From: an uncultured cyanobacterium
GTDB lineage: Bacteria; Cyanobacteriota; Cyanobacteriia; Cyanobacteriales; Nostocaceae
DNA length: 64,000 nucleotides
Reading direction: 5' to 3'
NCBI GenBank assembly: GCA_963706595.1
Contig: OY970166.1
Coordinates: 4,064,001 to 4,128,000, forward strand
The position numbers were made by a program, and so were the translations under genes. The notes beneath the pieces were generated by a model. It was not told the origin of the DNA and did no database searches. It was given only the letters and a program-made list of their open reading frames with translations. Positions 40,875 through 51,205 of this stretch are shown here, one piece after another. Every line of letters begins with the position of its first letter. The first letter of the stretch is position 1.

Positions 40875-42683
40875 ATGACCACAAATCCCTCACCTCAACT
40901 TTGGCTTTATGACACCACACTACGGGATGGTACTCAGCGCGAGATGCTCTCAGTTTCAATAGAAGATAAGTTACGCATCGCCCGCAGACTCGACCAATTG
41001 GGAGTTCCTTTCATTGAAGGTGGTTGGCCTGGTGCCAATCCCAAGGATGTTCAGTTCTTCTGGCAATTGCAAGAGTATCCGCTCAAACAAGCAGAAGTTG
41101 TGGCTTTTTGTTCTACACGTCGCCCTCATACCACTGCTGACACGGAGCCAATGCTGCAAGCGATTCTGACTGCTGGTACTCGTTGGGTGACAGTTTTTGG
41201 CAAATCTTGGGATTTACACGTTACAGCCGGACTCAAGACGACTTTAGCAGAGAATCTCGCCATGATTAGAGATACTATCGAGTATCTTTGTTCCCAAGGG
41301 CGACGGGTGATTTATGATGCTGAACACTGGTTTGATGGCTACAAGCACAATCAAGATTATGCTTTACAGACATTAGAAGTGGCGATCGCCGCAGGTGCGG
41401 AATGGCTAGTCCTCTGTGATACTAATGGTGGGACTTTACCCCACGAAATTGGTCAAGTCGTGGAATCAGTGATTAATCATGTCTCATTAGTCAATAGTCA
41501 ACAACCTCTACCCCAAATTGGTATCCACACTCATAATGATTCCGAAACAGCCGTAGCTAACGCCTTAGCTGCTGTCATGGCCGGGGCGAAAATGGTACAA
41601 GGTACAATTAACGGCTACGGTGAACGATGTGGTAATGCTAACCTCTGTTCATTAATTCCCAATTTACAACTTAAGCTCGGCTATAGTTGTATACCAGAAC
41701 ACCAGCTAAATCAGCTTACAGAAGCTAGTCGCTTTGTGAGTGAAGTGGTAAACCTTGCCCCCGATGAACACGCGCCCTTTGTGGGACGTTCAGCTTTTGC
41801 TCATAAAGGTGGTATCCATGTCTCAGCAGTAGAACGAAATCCCCTCACTTACGAACACATTCAACCAGAACAAGTCGGTAATCTTCGCCGCATAGTCATT
41901 TCCGAACAATCTGGACTCAGTAATGTTTTAGCCAAAGCCCGGAGTTTTGGCATTGAACTCGATAAAGACAAACCAGCCGCCCGACAAATTTTGCAACGTC
42001 TCAAAGAATTAGAAAGCGAAGGATATCAATTTGAAGCAGCAGAAGCGAGTTTTGCCCTGTTGATGTACGAAGCGTTAGGTGAGCGTCAGGAGTTCTTTGA
42101 AGTCAAAGGATTCCAAGTACATTGTGATTTAGTTGAAGGTAAAGAAACTAACAATGCCCTAGCCACAGTAAAATTAGGGGTGAATGGGAAAAATATTCTG
42201 GAAGCAGCAGAAGGAAATGGACCCGTTGCCGCTTTGGATGCCGCCTTACGCAAAGCTTTGGTTAATTTTTATCCCCAAATTGCCACCTTTGAATTAACAG
42301 ATTACAAAGTGCGGATTCTCAACGGACATACAGGTACAGCAGCTAAAACTCGTGTATTAGTAGAATCAGGTACTGGTTCAGAACGCTGGACAACTGTCGG
42401 AGTTTCCCCCAACATTTTGGCAGCTTCCTATCAAGCCGTTGTAGAGGGCTTGGAATATGGTTTGTTGTTACATTCTCAAGATTTGGGAGTGGGGAGTGGG
42501 GAGTGGGGAGTGGGGGGAAGAGGCAGGGGAGCAGGGGGCAGGGAGCAGGGGGGAAGAGGCAGGGGGGCAGGGAGCAGGGAGCAGGGGGGAAGAGGCAGGG
42601 GAGCAGGGAGCAGGGAGCAGGGGGAAGAGGCAGGGGGGCAGGGGGCAGGGAGCAGGGGGGAGAAGACGGTAACTTCCCAATGA
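40875..42683 (+). CDS. cimA: Citramalate synthase with repeat-derived C-terminal tail
   Basis: YDTTLRDGTQ, GGWPGANPKD, GKSWDLHV, HTHND, GERCGNA, AHKGGIH, DYKVRIL; ATG 40875 preferred as start. Confidence 0.9.
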   Translation: MTTNPSPQLWLYDTTLRDGTQREMLSVSIEDKLRIARRLDQLGVPFIEGGWPGANPKDVQFFWQLQEYPLKQAEVVAFCSTRRPHTTADTEPMLQAILTAGTRWVTVFGKSWDLHVTAGLKTTLAENLAMIRDTIEYLCSQGRRVIYDAEHWFDGYKHNQDYALQTLEVAIAAGAEWLVLCDTNGGTLPHEIGQVVESVINHVSLVNSQQPLPQIGIHTHNDSETAVANALAAVMAGAKMVQGTINGYGERCGNANLCSLIPNLQLKLGYSCIPEHQLNQLTEASRFVSEVVNLAPDEHAPFVGRSAFAHKGGIHVSAVERNPLTYEHIQPEQVGNLRRIVISEQSGLSNVLAKARSFGIELDKDKPAARQILQRLKELESEGYQFEAAEASFALLMYEALGERQEFFEVKGFQVHCDLVEGKETNNALATVKLGVNGKNILEAAEGNGPVAALDAALRKALVNFYPQIATFELTDYKVRILNGHTGTAAKTRVLVESGTGSERWTTVGVSPNILAASYQAVVEGLEYGLLLHSQDLGVGSGEWGVGGRGRGAGGREQGGRGRGAGSREQGGRGRGAGSREQGEEAGGQGAGSRGEKTVTSQ

Positions 42684-42735
42684 CTAATGACCAATGACCA
42701 ATGACCACTGACCAATGACCAATGACTAATGACCA
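42484..42735 (+). repeat. Composite STRR module, copy 2 (inside the 3' end of cimA)
   Basis: (TGGGGAG)n, (GCAGGGGA)n, core GAAGACGGTAACTTCC at 42662-42677, (AATGACC)n. Confidence 0.9.
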
Positions 42736-42969
42736 TTAAGAAAACTGTTCCCAGGATTGCGTAACCAATTGACTTAGCCAACGCCGTTGTTGCTGATTTA
42801 ACATGGGATCGTCAGCTAGTAGTTGAGCAGTTAATTCTTCTAAGGATTGTCCCTGAGAACTCACAAGTTTGATCACTCCGGCGATGGCTGAGGCGACTAA
42901 TTCTGCATCAATTGGCTGTTGTCTTAGGGCAAAAATTTCCTGGGGACTGTCTGGGATGGGATAATTCAT
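42736..42969 (-). CDS. Small hypothetical protein
   Basis: 77-aa ORF with helical, protein-like composition (VASAIAGVI..GQSLEELTAQLLADD). Confidence 0.7.
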   Translation of the reverse strand: MNYPIPDSPQEIFALRQQPIDAELVASAIAGVIKLVSSQGQSLEELTAQLLADDPMLNQQQRRWLSQLVTQSWEQFS

Positions 42970-43130
42970 GGCGTAGGGTTAAAAAAATACAAAATGAACA
43001 ATAAACTTTGACAAACTATTAAAAATTCTTTACTCAATCTTTATTGAACCAATAGGGCGGAGTCTAGCGTAGTTTCTACCTTTATAAAATCTGTCTGAGT
43101 GAATAGATTCATCGGAGATGTCAGCAAAAA

Positions 43131-45271
43131 ATGATGGAAGAAATACTTTATTTGGAAGTTCCCACACCGGATACTGCAACTGTACTTACTTGGTTGCAAA
43201 TTGAATTTGAACCAGGAACCGGGGAAAAATTACTCCGACCGGATGGCTTCCGCCTGAAAATACCGAGAGGAGCTAGAAATGCTGACGCGGCCATGACCGA
43301 AAAATTACTGAGCGAGCTTTCTGTATTTGTCTGGTCAGTGCAGCGAACTACTTATCTAAAAGTATTTCGTTGGGGAGATCAAGCTGTTTCTGGAGAAGCA
43401 CAAATTCTGCAACGTCTGAGTCAGGAAATTAGAAAGCAATTTCCCCATAACTACCCAGAACCTCCAACCATTGATTCCCAAAAATCGATTTTCGAGGAAC
43501 TAGGAACTTATTACCCCCTGACAGTGAAATATTTTCAGCAAATGCCGAATGGGGAATATGACCTCAATCGTGTCTATTGGTGGGAACAAAGATGGCGCGA
43601 AGGAGTACGGAATCCTCGGCAGCCTCGTCAAGTAGTTTTTTCCCAAAATGCAGAATCTGGGGGAGGTCAGAAAGACAGTAGTATAACATCTTCTTCGCCT
43701 ACTTACGATCTGATTTACATCGGCGGCGCGTTAGGGGTAATTCATGCGGCTGTTATGGCCAGATTGGGTTATAAAGTGCTGCTAGTGGAACGTTTGCCTT
43801 TTGGACGGATGAATCGAGAATGGAATATTTCTCGTGATGAGCTGCAAAGTTTAATTAATCTGGGTTTGGTAACAGCCGCCGAGTTAGAAACTGTGATTGT
43901 TCGGGAATACAAGGACGGATTCAATAAGTTTTTTGATGGCAATAATCCGGTTAAATTGCGATCGCCTATTCTACATACCCCCACTGTCTTAAATATTGCC
44001 TTGGACTCGGAGAAATGGCTGCGGATGTGCGGGGAAAAACTCCGAGATGCGGGGGGGACATCTGGGATGAAACAGAGTTCATGCGTGCCGATATTGACGA
44101 TGCACAGGTGACGATTACAACCAAGCATTTACCCAGTAAAAATGAGCAACGCGTGACTGGGCGATTATTAATTGATGCAATGGGAACAGCTTCCCCTGTG
44201 GCTTGGCAATTAAATGGTGGTCGTGCTTTTGACAGTGTATGTCCCACTGTGGGCGCAGTGATTGAGGGGGGATTTGAAGCAGGGGTTTGGGATTCCCAGT
44301 ATGGAGATGTGCTTTACAGTCACGGCGATATTTCTAGGGGAAGGCAATTAATTTGGGAATTATTCCCTGGATTTGGTGAAGAATTAACAATTTATCTATT
44401 TCATTACCACGAAGTCAATGGGGCAAATCCCGGTTCTTTACTGGAAATGTATGAGGACTTTTTCACGATTTTGCCAGAGTATCGACGCTGTGATTTAGAT
44501 AAACTGGTGTGGAAAAAGCCGACATTTGGCTATATACCGGGACATTTTAGTGTAGGAAGTAGCGATCGCACCATTGCCTTTGATCGATTAATTGCCATTG
44601 GTGACGCTGCATCCCTCCAGTCTCCCTTAGTGTTCACAGGCTTTGGTTCCCTAGTTCGCAACTTAGACCGTTTGACAACACTGTTAGATACAGCCCTCAA
44701 GCATGACTTGCTGAGTTTCCGCAATTTAAACAGGATTCGGGCTTATCAAAGTAACGTCTCTGTAACGTGGCTATTTTCTAAGGGAATGATGGTTCCCACT
44801 GGGAAATTCTTACCACCCCAACGAATTAACTCTATGCTGAATACCTTTTTTGGGTTGTTAGCAGATGAACCACCAGAGGTAGCAGATAATTTCATCAAAG
44901 ACCGATGTGATTGGTGGACTTTTAACCGTTTAGCATTGAAAGCTGCGCGCAAAAATCCAGCCCTGCTGTTATGGATTTGGCAACTAGCTGGATTTAGGGA
45001 TTTAGTTCGGTGGCTGGGTAATTATTTTAGCTTCGGTCTTGATTCCCTCGTCGGTGCTTTACTCAGAGGATGGTTCCCCCGCTTGTTGATGCGGAGTCAA
45101 TCTTGGCTGGAACCCCGGTATCCGGCGTTATGGTTGCGGCTGTTGGTGATTAACTATGCGATCGCTGCTGGTAAACTGGGAACTAACTTGTCAGTGCGAT
45201 CGCCAAATCATTCAGCACCAGTCAATCCAGATGCCAATATCCCCAAATCAGAAGCAAAAATTCTGAATTAA
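43131..45271 (+). pseudogene. cruA: FAD-dependent CruA-type lycopene cyclase, one base missing in a G run (possibly an artefact)
   Basis: YDLIYIGGALG, REWNISRDEL, DAMGTASP, GDAASLQSPLVFTGFGS; one extra G in the G7 run at 44051-44057 joins ORFs 43131-44111 and 44015-45271; CruA rather than CruP inferred from the N-terminal extension. Confidence 0.65.
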
Positions 45272-45348
45272 TCGCCGAATTTTGCCCAAATAAACTCACA
45301 GTAGTCAACCCCCGGAATAAAATTCGGGGGAATATGTCAATAGAGGTT

Positions 45349-45651
45349 ATACCAATTTTATGTGAGGCTGCATATTATTGTTACTCCACCCCTTACTCCT
45401 AACCCGTAAAAATCCGGTTCCCTCCTCGCTTGCGCTACGGTGTACACACATCCTGGATTAAAGACAGTTTCCAGTCCTAAAAACAAGATTTAAGCAGAAA
45501 TCTTGTTCCCCTCCTCGCTTGCGGGGAGGGGTTAGGGGTGGGGTCTTATGACACAAAAGAGAATTTTAAGACTTGTGTGTACACCGTAGCCTCGCTTGCG
45601 GGGAGGGTTAGGGAGGGGTTCTTTTTATGCCTCTTTATATAAAATTGGTAT
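45349..45651. mobile_element. Outer MITE carrying a nested 155-bp MITE at 45435-45589
   Basis: Outer ends ATACCAATTTTA/TAAAATTGGTAT; inner TIR CTACGGTGTACACACA/TGTGTGTACACCGTAG flanked by direct repeat CCTCGCTTGCG. Confidence 0.85.
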
Positions 45652-45902
45652 TACACATTGACAATTAACATTAAATATGTGTTGTCAAAAACCATATCTT
45701 TCGTAGGGGTTTAGCAATGCTAAACCCTACAATGCTGGTCTATTTACAATCAAAATAATCGGGGATAAAAGTCTGAAACGACGTAGTTTATGGAAATCAT
45801 ACCCTGATTAATTTGTAAAGTGCGTAAGTTCTAGTCAATTAGTTTCACCTCAAAAATTATCCACAGCCCAAAGCGTATTCATAGCGAAGATGGTACAATT
45901 TC

Positions 45903-47379
<1,477 letters not shown>

Positions 47380-47490
47380 GTTAATTCTCGTTAAATGTCG
47401 TTACTGGGGTTAACCTGGTAACGATATTCATGTTGAGGGTAAATTTGGAACAATCGAAATATTTATATTGAAATTAAAGCCTAAAAATCA

Positions 47491-47658
47491 ATGAGTGAAT
47501 CAATTAAATGGACTGCTGACGCTGAAGCTAAACTCAAGGAAATCCCTTTTTTTGTCCGTCCTTTTGCCCGTAAAAAGATTGAAACCTATGCTGAGGAGAA
47601 TAATATTTCTCTCATCACTCTCGAAATTTATGAAGCTGTGAAAAAACAATTTAATTAA
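47491..47658 (+). CDS. Stand-alone PCP_red (ChlB C-terminal-like) domain protein, 55 aa
   Basis: Hand translation MSESIKWTADAEAKLKEIPFFVRPFARKKIETYAEENNISLITLEIYEAVKKQFN; absent from the ORF track. Confidence 0.85.
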   Translation: MSESIKWTADAEAKLKEIPFFVRPFARKKIETYAEENNISLITLEIYEAVKKQFN

Positions 47659-47772
47659 GATTTTAACTCATATCATTTTCTGCAAAACATTTATAATTCA
47701 ATTTCACGCAGAGGCGCAGAGTCGCAGAGAGTTTTCATGAGTGTTTATGATAACTAATTCAACTGACTATAT

Positions 47773-48993
47773 ATGCTGAATGTTGAAAATTTTTCTAGAA
47801 ATATCTTCTCTCGGAAAAAACTCTGGACTGTCACTATTTCATTGACGGCTATCCTGTTTGTGGTGACGGGTTGGACGCAATTCTCTTGTTACCCAATGGT
47901 GACTGGTGGAGTTTTACCCAAATTTTGTAATAGTCACGAAAGGATACTAAAAATTATCCAAGAACCTAGAACTCATGGGAATACTTTAAGGATTTTGGCT
48001 GCAAGTCCTGAATCTGATGAAAGTGTACTCAGAGCCTTGACATCTTCCCTTGATAGCCCAAAGGTTGATAAAAATCTCAAGCTGCTTAAACGTGCGATCG
48101 CTTTTAATTCCAATACTCCTGTAGATGTCTTAGATGTGTTCGTACAATCGGAAGATGTGGGTATACTTGAGAATATTGCTAAACGTTCAAATGCTACTCC
48201 TGAAATCCTGAGAGAAGTTGCTAACAATCCTTATGCAGATGCTTTTGTAGTTCAAAAAGCTCTAGTTGCAAATCCTCAAACTCCTGAAGATGTATTAAAA
48301 AAATTAGCTAACTCAAAAGAAAGCCAAATTTTGTGGTCAATAGCCAATCTAAAAAAAGCTTCTCCTAGTATATTACGAGAAATATCTAATAATCCTGTCA
48401 TCACCAATCCTATGATTCAGGATGAATATCTCAAAAACCTTCCTATTAAACTGGCTGCTAATCAAAACACTCCTGAAGATGTCCTAAAAAGATTGGCTGA
48501 ATATACAAATTATAGTGTCTTACTTTTAGTAACTAAAAATGTAAATTCCTCTGAAGCAGTAATGGATTTGGTAGCAGAAAATCCTATCACATGGCAAGAA
48601 AATGGTATTCAGATATCACTAGCTAGTAAAAACAAAATATCAAACAAGCTCATCCAAAAATTAGCTGATTCTAACGACGGAAATGTTCTGTTGGCATTAT
48701 CTCAAAACTCAGCTTTACCTTCAGAGTTAAAAAACATTGTTATCGAAAGACTCGATCAATACACAGATGATTTGAAAATTGAAATTTCTCAACCGCTTGA
48801 TATTTCAGACAACATAGTAATTGACAGTAAAAAAAACAACTGTCCTAACAGACATCTTCGGAATAATCTCTTAGGAGGAGCCGCAGGAGCATTAGGATTT
48901 ATATTTGGTGGACCTGTGGGAGCATTAGCTGCTTATGGTACAGTGACTGCTTCACTAGAAACTGTGACAACTATTTATGGTTGTCAGTTCTAA
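47773..48993 (+). CDS. Membrane-anchored leucine-rich-variant (LRV/HEAT-like) repeat protein with glycine-zipper tail
   Basis: N-terminal TM; repeats A.NP.TPEDVL..LA; C-terminal GGAAGALGFIFGGPVGA between two Cys. Confidence 0.75.
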   Translation: MLNVENFSRNIFSRKKLWTVTISLTAILFVVTGWTQFSCYPMVTGGVLPKFCNSHERILKIIQEPRTHGNTLRILAASPESDESVLRALTSSLDSPKVDKNLKLLKRAIAFNSNTPVDVLDVFVQSEDVGILENIAKRSNATPEILREVANNPYADAFVVQKALVANPQTPEDVLKKLANSKESQILWSIANLKKASPSILREISNNPVITNPMIQDEYLKNLPIKLAANQNTPEDVLKRLAEYTNYSVLLLVTKNVNSSEAVMDLVAENPITWQENGIQISLASKNKISNKLIQKLADSNDGNVLLALSQNSALPSELKNIVIERLDQYTDDLKIEISQPLDISDNIVIDSKKNNCPNRHLRNNLLGGAAGALGFIFGGPVGALAAYGTVTASLETVTTIYGCQF

Positions 48994-49047
48994 TGTTAAT
49001 GCTAAATGTTGATGATTTTTTTATAACTTAAATTGGAGAAATTAATT

Positions 49048-49470
49048 ATGGAAAGCGAAAACTCAAAATTGGTAGGAAAATCTGAGCAATCATTTACAAA
49101 GTGGATAGTGACTGCTTCATTAATCACTTTTTTACTATTTAGCACATTTTTATTTATGGGCTTAAAAAGCCAGTATATTGAAGTAGATTTGTGTGTTTTT
49201 GCGGTTAATTGTTCTCAAGCCCCGGAACAAGTCACAGATAAGGCTCGAATTGATATAACAGAAGTTCCTCTAGATCCAAATACAGCCTTTCAGCCAATGA
49301 AAATAACTGTCAAACCATTAGCAGTAGCAGCAGTTGCTGGAGTGGTATCTAGTGCTGCTATCGCAGCCTTGATTGGATTGGGATTGATTAGTCTGCCTAT
49401 GGAATTGGCTTTGGCTATAGGAGCTTTAATCGGTTATGGAACTCATTTTGCTTTGAAAACTTTGTATTAA
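49048..49470 (+). CDS. Hypothetical membrane protein
   Basis: N-terminal TM, Cys pair, Ala/Gly-rich hydrophobic C-terminal hairpin; GGAG RBS before ATG 49048. Confidence 0.7.
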   Translation: MESENSKLVGKSEQSFTKWIVTASLITFLLFSTFLFMGLKSQYIEVDLCVFAVNCSQAPEQVTDKARIDITEVPLDPNTAFQPMKITVKPLAVAAVAGVVSSAAIAALIGLGLISLPMELALAIGALIGYGTHFALKTLY

Positions 49471-49563
49471 TCTGGTTGTTGGCAATTCGTTATTATTATG
49501 CTATTGCAAATAGCTATTATCTCACTATTAAAATCAACATCAAAATCTAGAGGAGAATAAAAA

Positions 49564-51096
49564 GTGAATGTCATTGAAATAGACAATATAAATTACGCTC
49601 GTTCTTATATAGAACATCCTCTAGAAAATATACAACTTACAGTCAAGCAAGGAGAACTTGTACATTTAAAGGGTGAAACTGGTGCTGGTAAATCCACTCT
49701 CATAGATATTCTTCTAGGCATTAAATACCCTGATAGCGGAACAGTAAAAATTTTTGGTTCCCCTCCCAGCGAACTTAAATCAAAATTTCTCACAGGAGTT
49801 GCACCACAAAAAATAGGACCTCCAATTGAAAATGCCCAGTTAGGCAGGTTAATTGATTTAATTGAAAGTCATTATCAAGGAGCAGAAGGTAAAATAAATT
49901 CTATCTTAGAAGATTTTGGACTTAAGTTTTCTAAAAATAAGCAAAGATTGTCAGGTGGACAAGAAAGAATTTTATTTTTTGCACTTGCACAGGCTGGTTC
50001 TCCTAAGCTTTTAATTCTCGATGAACCTACTACATTTCTCGATACTGAAGATACGGAAAATAATGTTAGTAAACTCACAAAATTCTGGAAGCATTTGCAG
50101 AAGTTTCATGAAGAGGGTAATACAGTTTTACTAATTTCCCATGATCGAGAAATTGGTGTTCAGCCAACACGAACTATCTGCTTAAAGGATGGTCGCTTAA
50201 ACGAATCATTTAATGTTTCCAATACGGAGGAATCATTCGATCAAGAAGTTGATTCAAATTTAATTGATTCTGATAACCAAGTAGGTGCATTGCACTGGCT
50301 ATCCTTACTTAGTAAACACGTAAAGTTTAATATTCAACAAACATTCCAGGCTGACCGAAAATATATATGGCTGACATTCATAGCTAGTTTTGTGTGGGCG
50401 GGCTGCATCTCTTTTGCTGCAAAGATAGGAAGCGGTGAAAATTCCAGCAGTGTATATACTATCGCTAATGCTTATTCTTTCTATCTAGCGATGACTGCCG
50501 CTAACAGCACTGGTAACATTATTGCAGAGGAACGCCAAAATGAAATATTGACGAAATTTCTGAAGGTTCTTCCATTACCTCCAATTATTTATCTATCTGC
50601 CAAAGTAATTGCATCTTGGTTAATCACTTCTTTACTAATATTAACAATGCTATTTACAACACTGTTTAGTAATGTAATATCCCCATCTATATTTATTTCA
50701 TTATTAGGGAGTTTAATATTGGGAGTAATTCCGTATTTGTTTTTAGGATTGGCATTAGGCTATTTATTTGAAAAACCAAAAAGTATTCAGATAGCGGCTT
50801 TAATGTCTTCGCTTATTTTGACAATACCAGTTTTTACCAGACCTATATTTAAGGTAATAGAAACTGTATTTGCAATACCAGGAAAACTAAATATGGCAGC
50901 ATTGATAGGAGATAATGTTGCAGCTCATTCTCCTATTTACCATTACATCCAAATAATACTTTTTTCGGGTAAAGCACCTGAATATGATCGGTACTTGTGG
51001 CTGCACTTGGGTTGGCTAATATGGTTTACTCTCATTTCCATACTTATAGCTTTATGGGCATACTGGCGTACCTGTAAGCAAGAAGCACAAGCATGA
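49564..51096 (+). CDS. Fused ABC transporter (ATP-binding domain + ABC-2-type permease)
   Basis: GETGAGKS, LSGGQ, ILDEPT, ISHD, then about six TM helices; GAGGAG RBS. Confidence 0.88.
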   Translation: MNVIEIDNINYARSYIEHPLENIQLTVKQGELVHLKGETGAGKSTLIDILLGIKYPDSGTVKIFGSPPSELKSKFLTGVAPQKIGPPIENAQLGRLIDLIESHYQGAEGKINSILEDFGLKFSKNKQRLSGGQERILFFALAQAGSPKLLILDEPTTFLDTEDTENNVSKLTKFWKHLQKFHEEGNTVLLISHDREIGVQPTRTICLKDGRLNESFNVSNTEESFDQEVDSNLIDSDNQVGALHWLSLLSKHVKFNIQQTFQADRKYIWLTFIASFVWAGCISFAAKIGSGENSSSVYTIANAYSFYLAMTAANSTGNIIAEERQNEILTKFLKVLPLPPIIYLSAKVIASWLITSLLILTMLFTTLFSNVISPSIFISLLGSLILGVIPYLFLGLALGYLFEKPKSIQIAALMSSLILTIPVFTRPIFKVIETVFAIPGKLNMAALIGDNVAAHSPIYHYIQIILFSGKAPEYDRYLWLHLGWLIWFTLISILIALWAYWRTCKQEAQA

Positions 51097-51205
51097 TATC
51101 TGAGAAACCAAACAATTTAGATTTTATATCACTTGAATTAGAGGGATAGGAAAGCACAAAAATGTTGCTATGTATGAATTTTATCCCCAGGGATAGAACA
51201 GGCGA

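Noticed and set aside
42343..42781. Several overlapping Pro/Cys- or Gly/Arg-rich ORFs
   Set aside because: Stop-free frames of the STRR repeat; the same applies near 57716-58000 and 59211-59466
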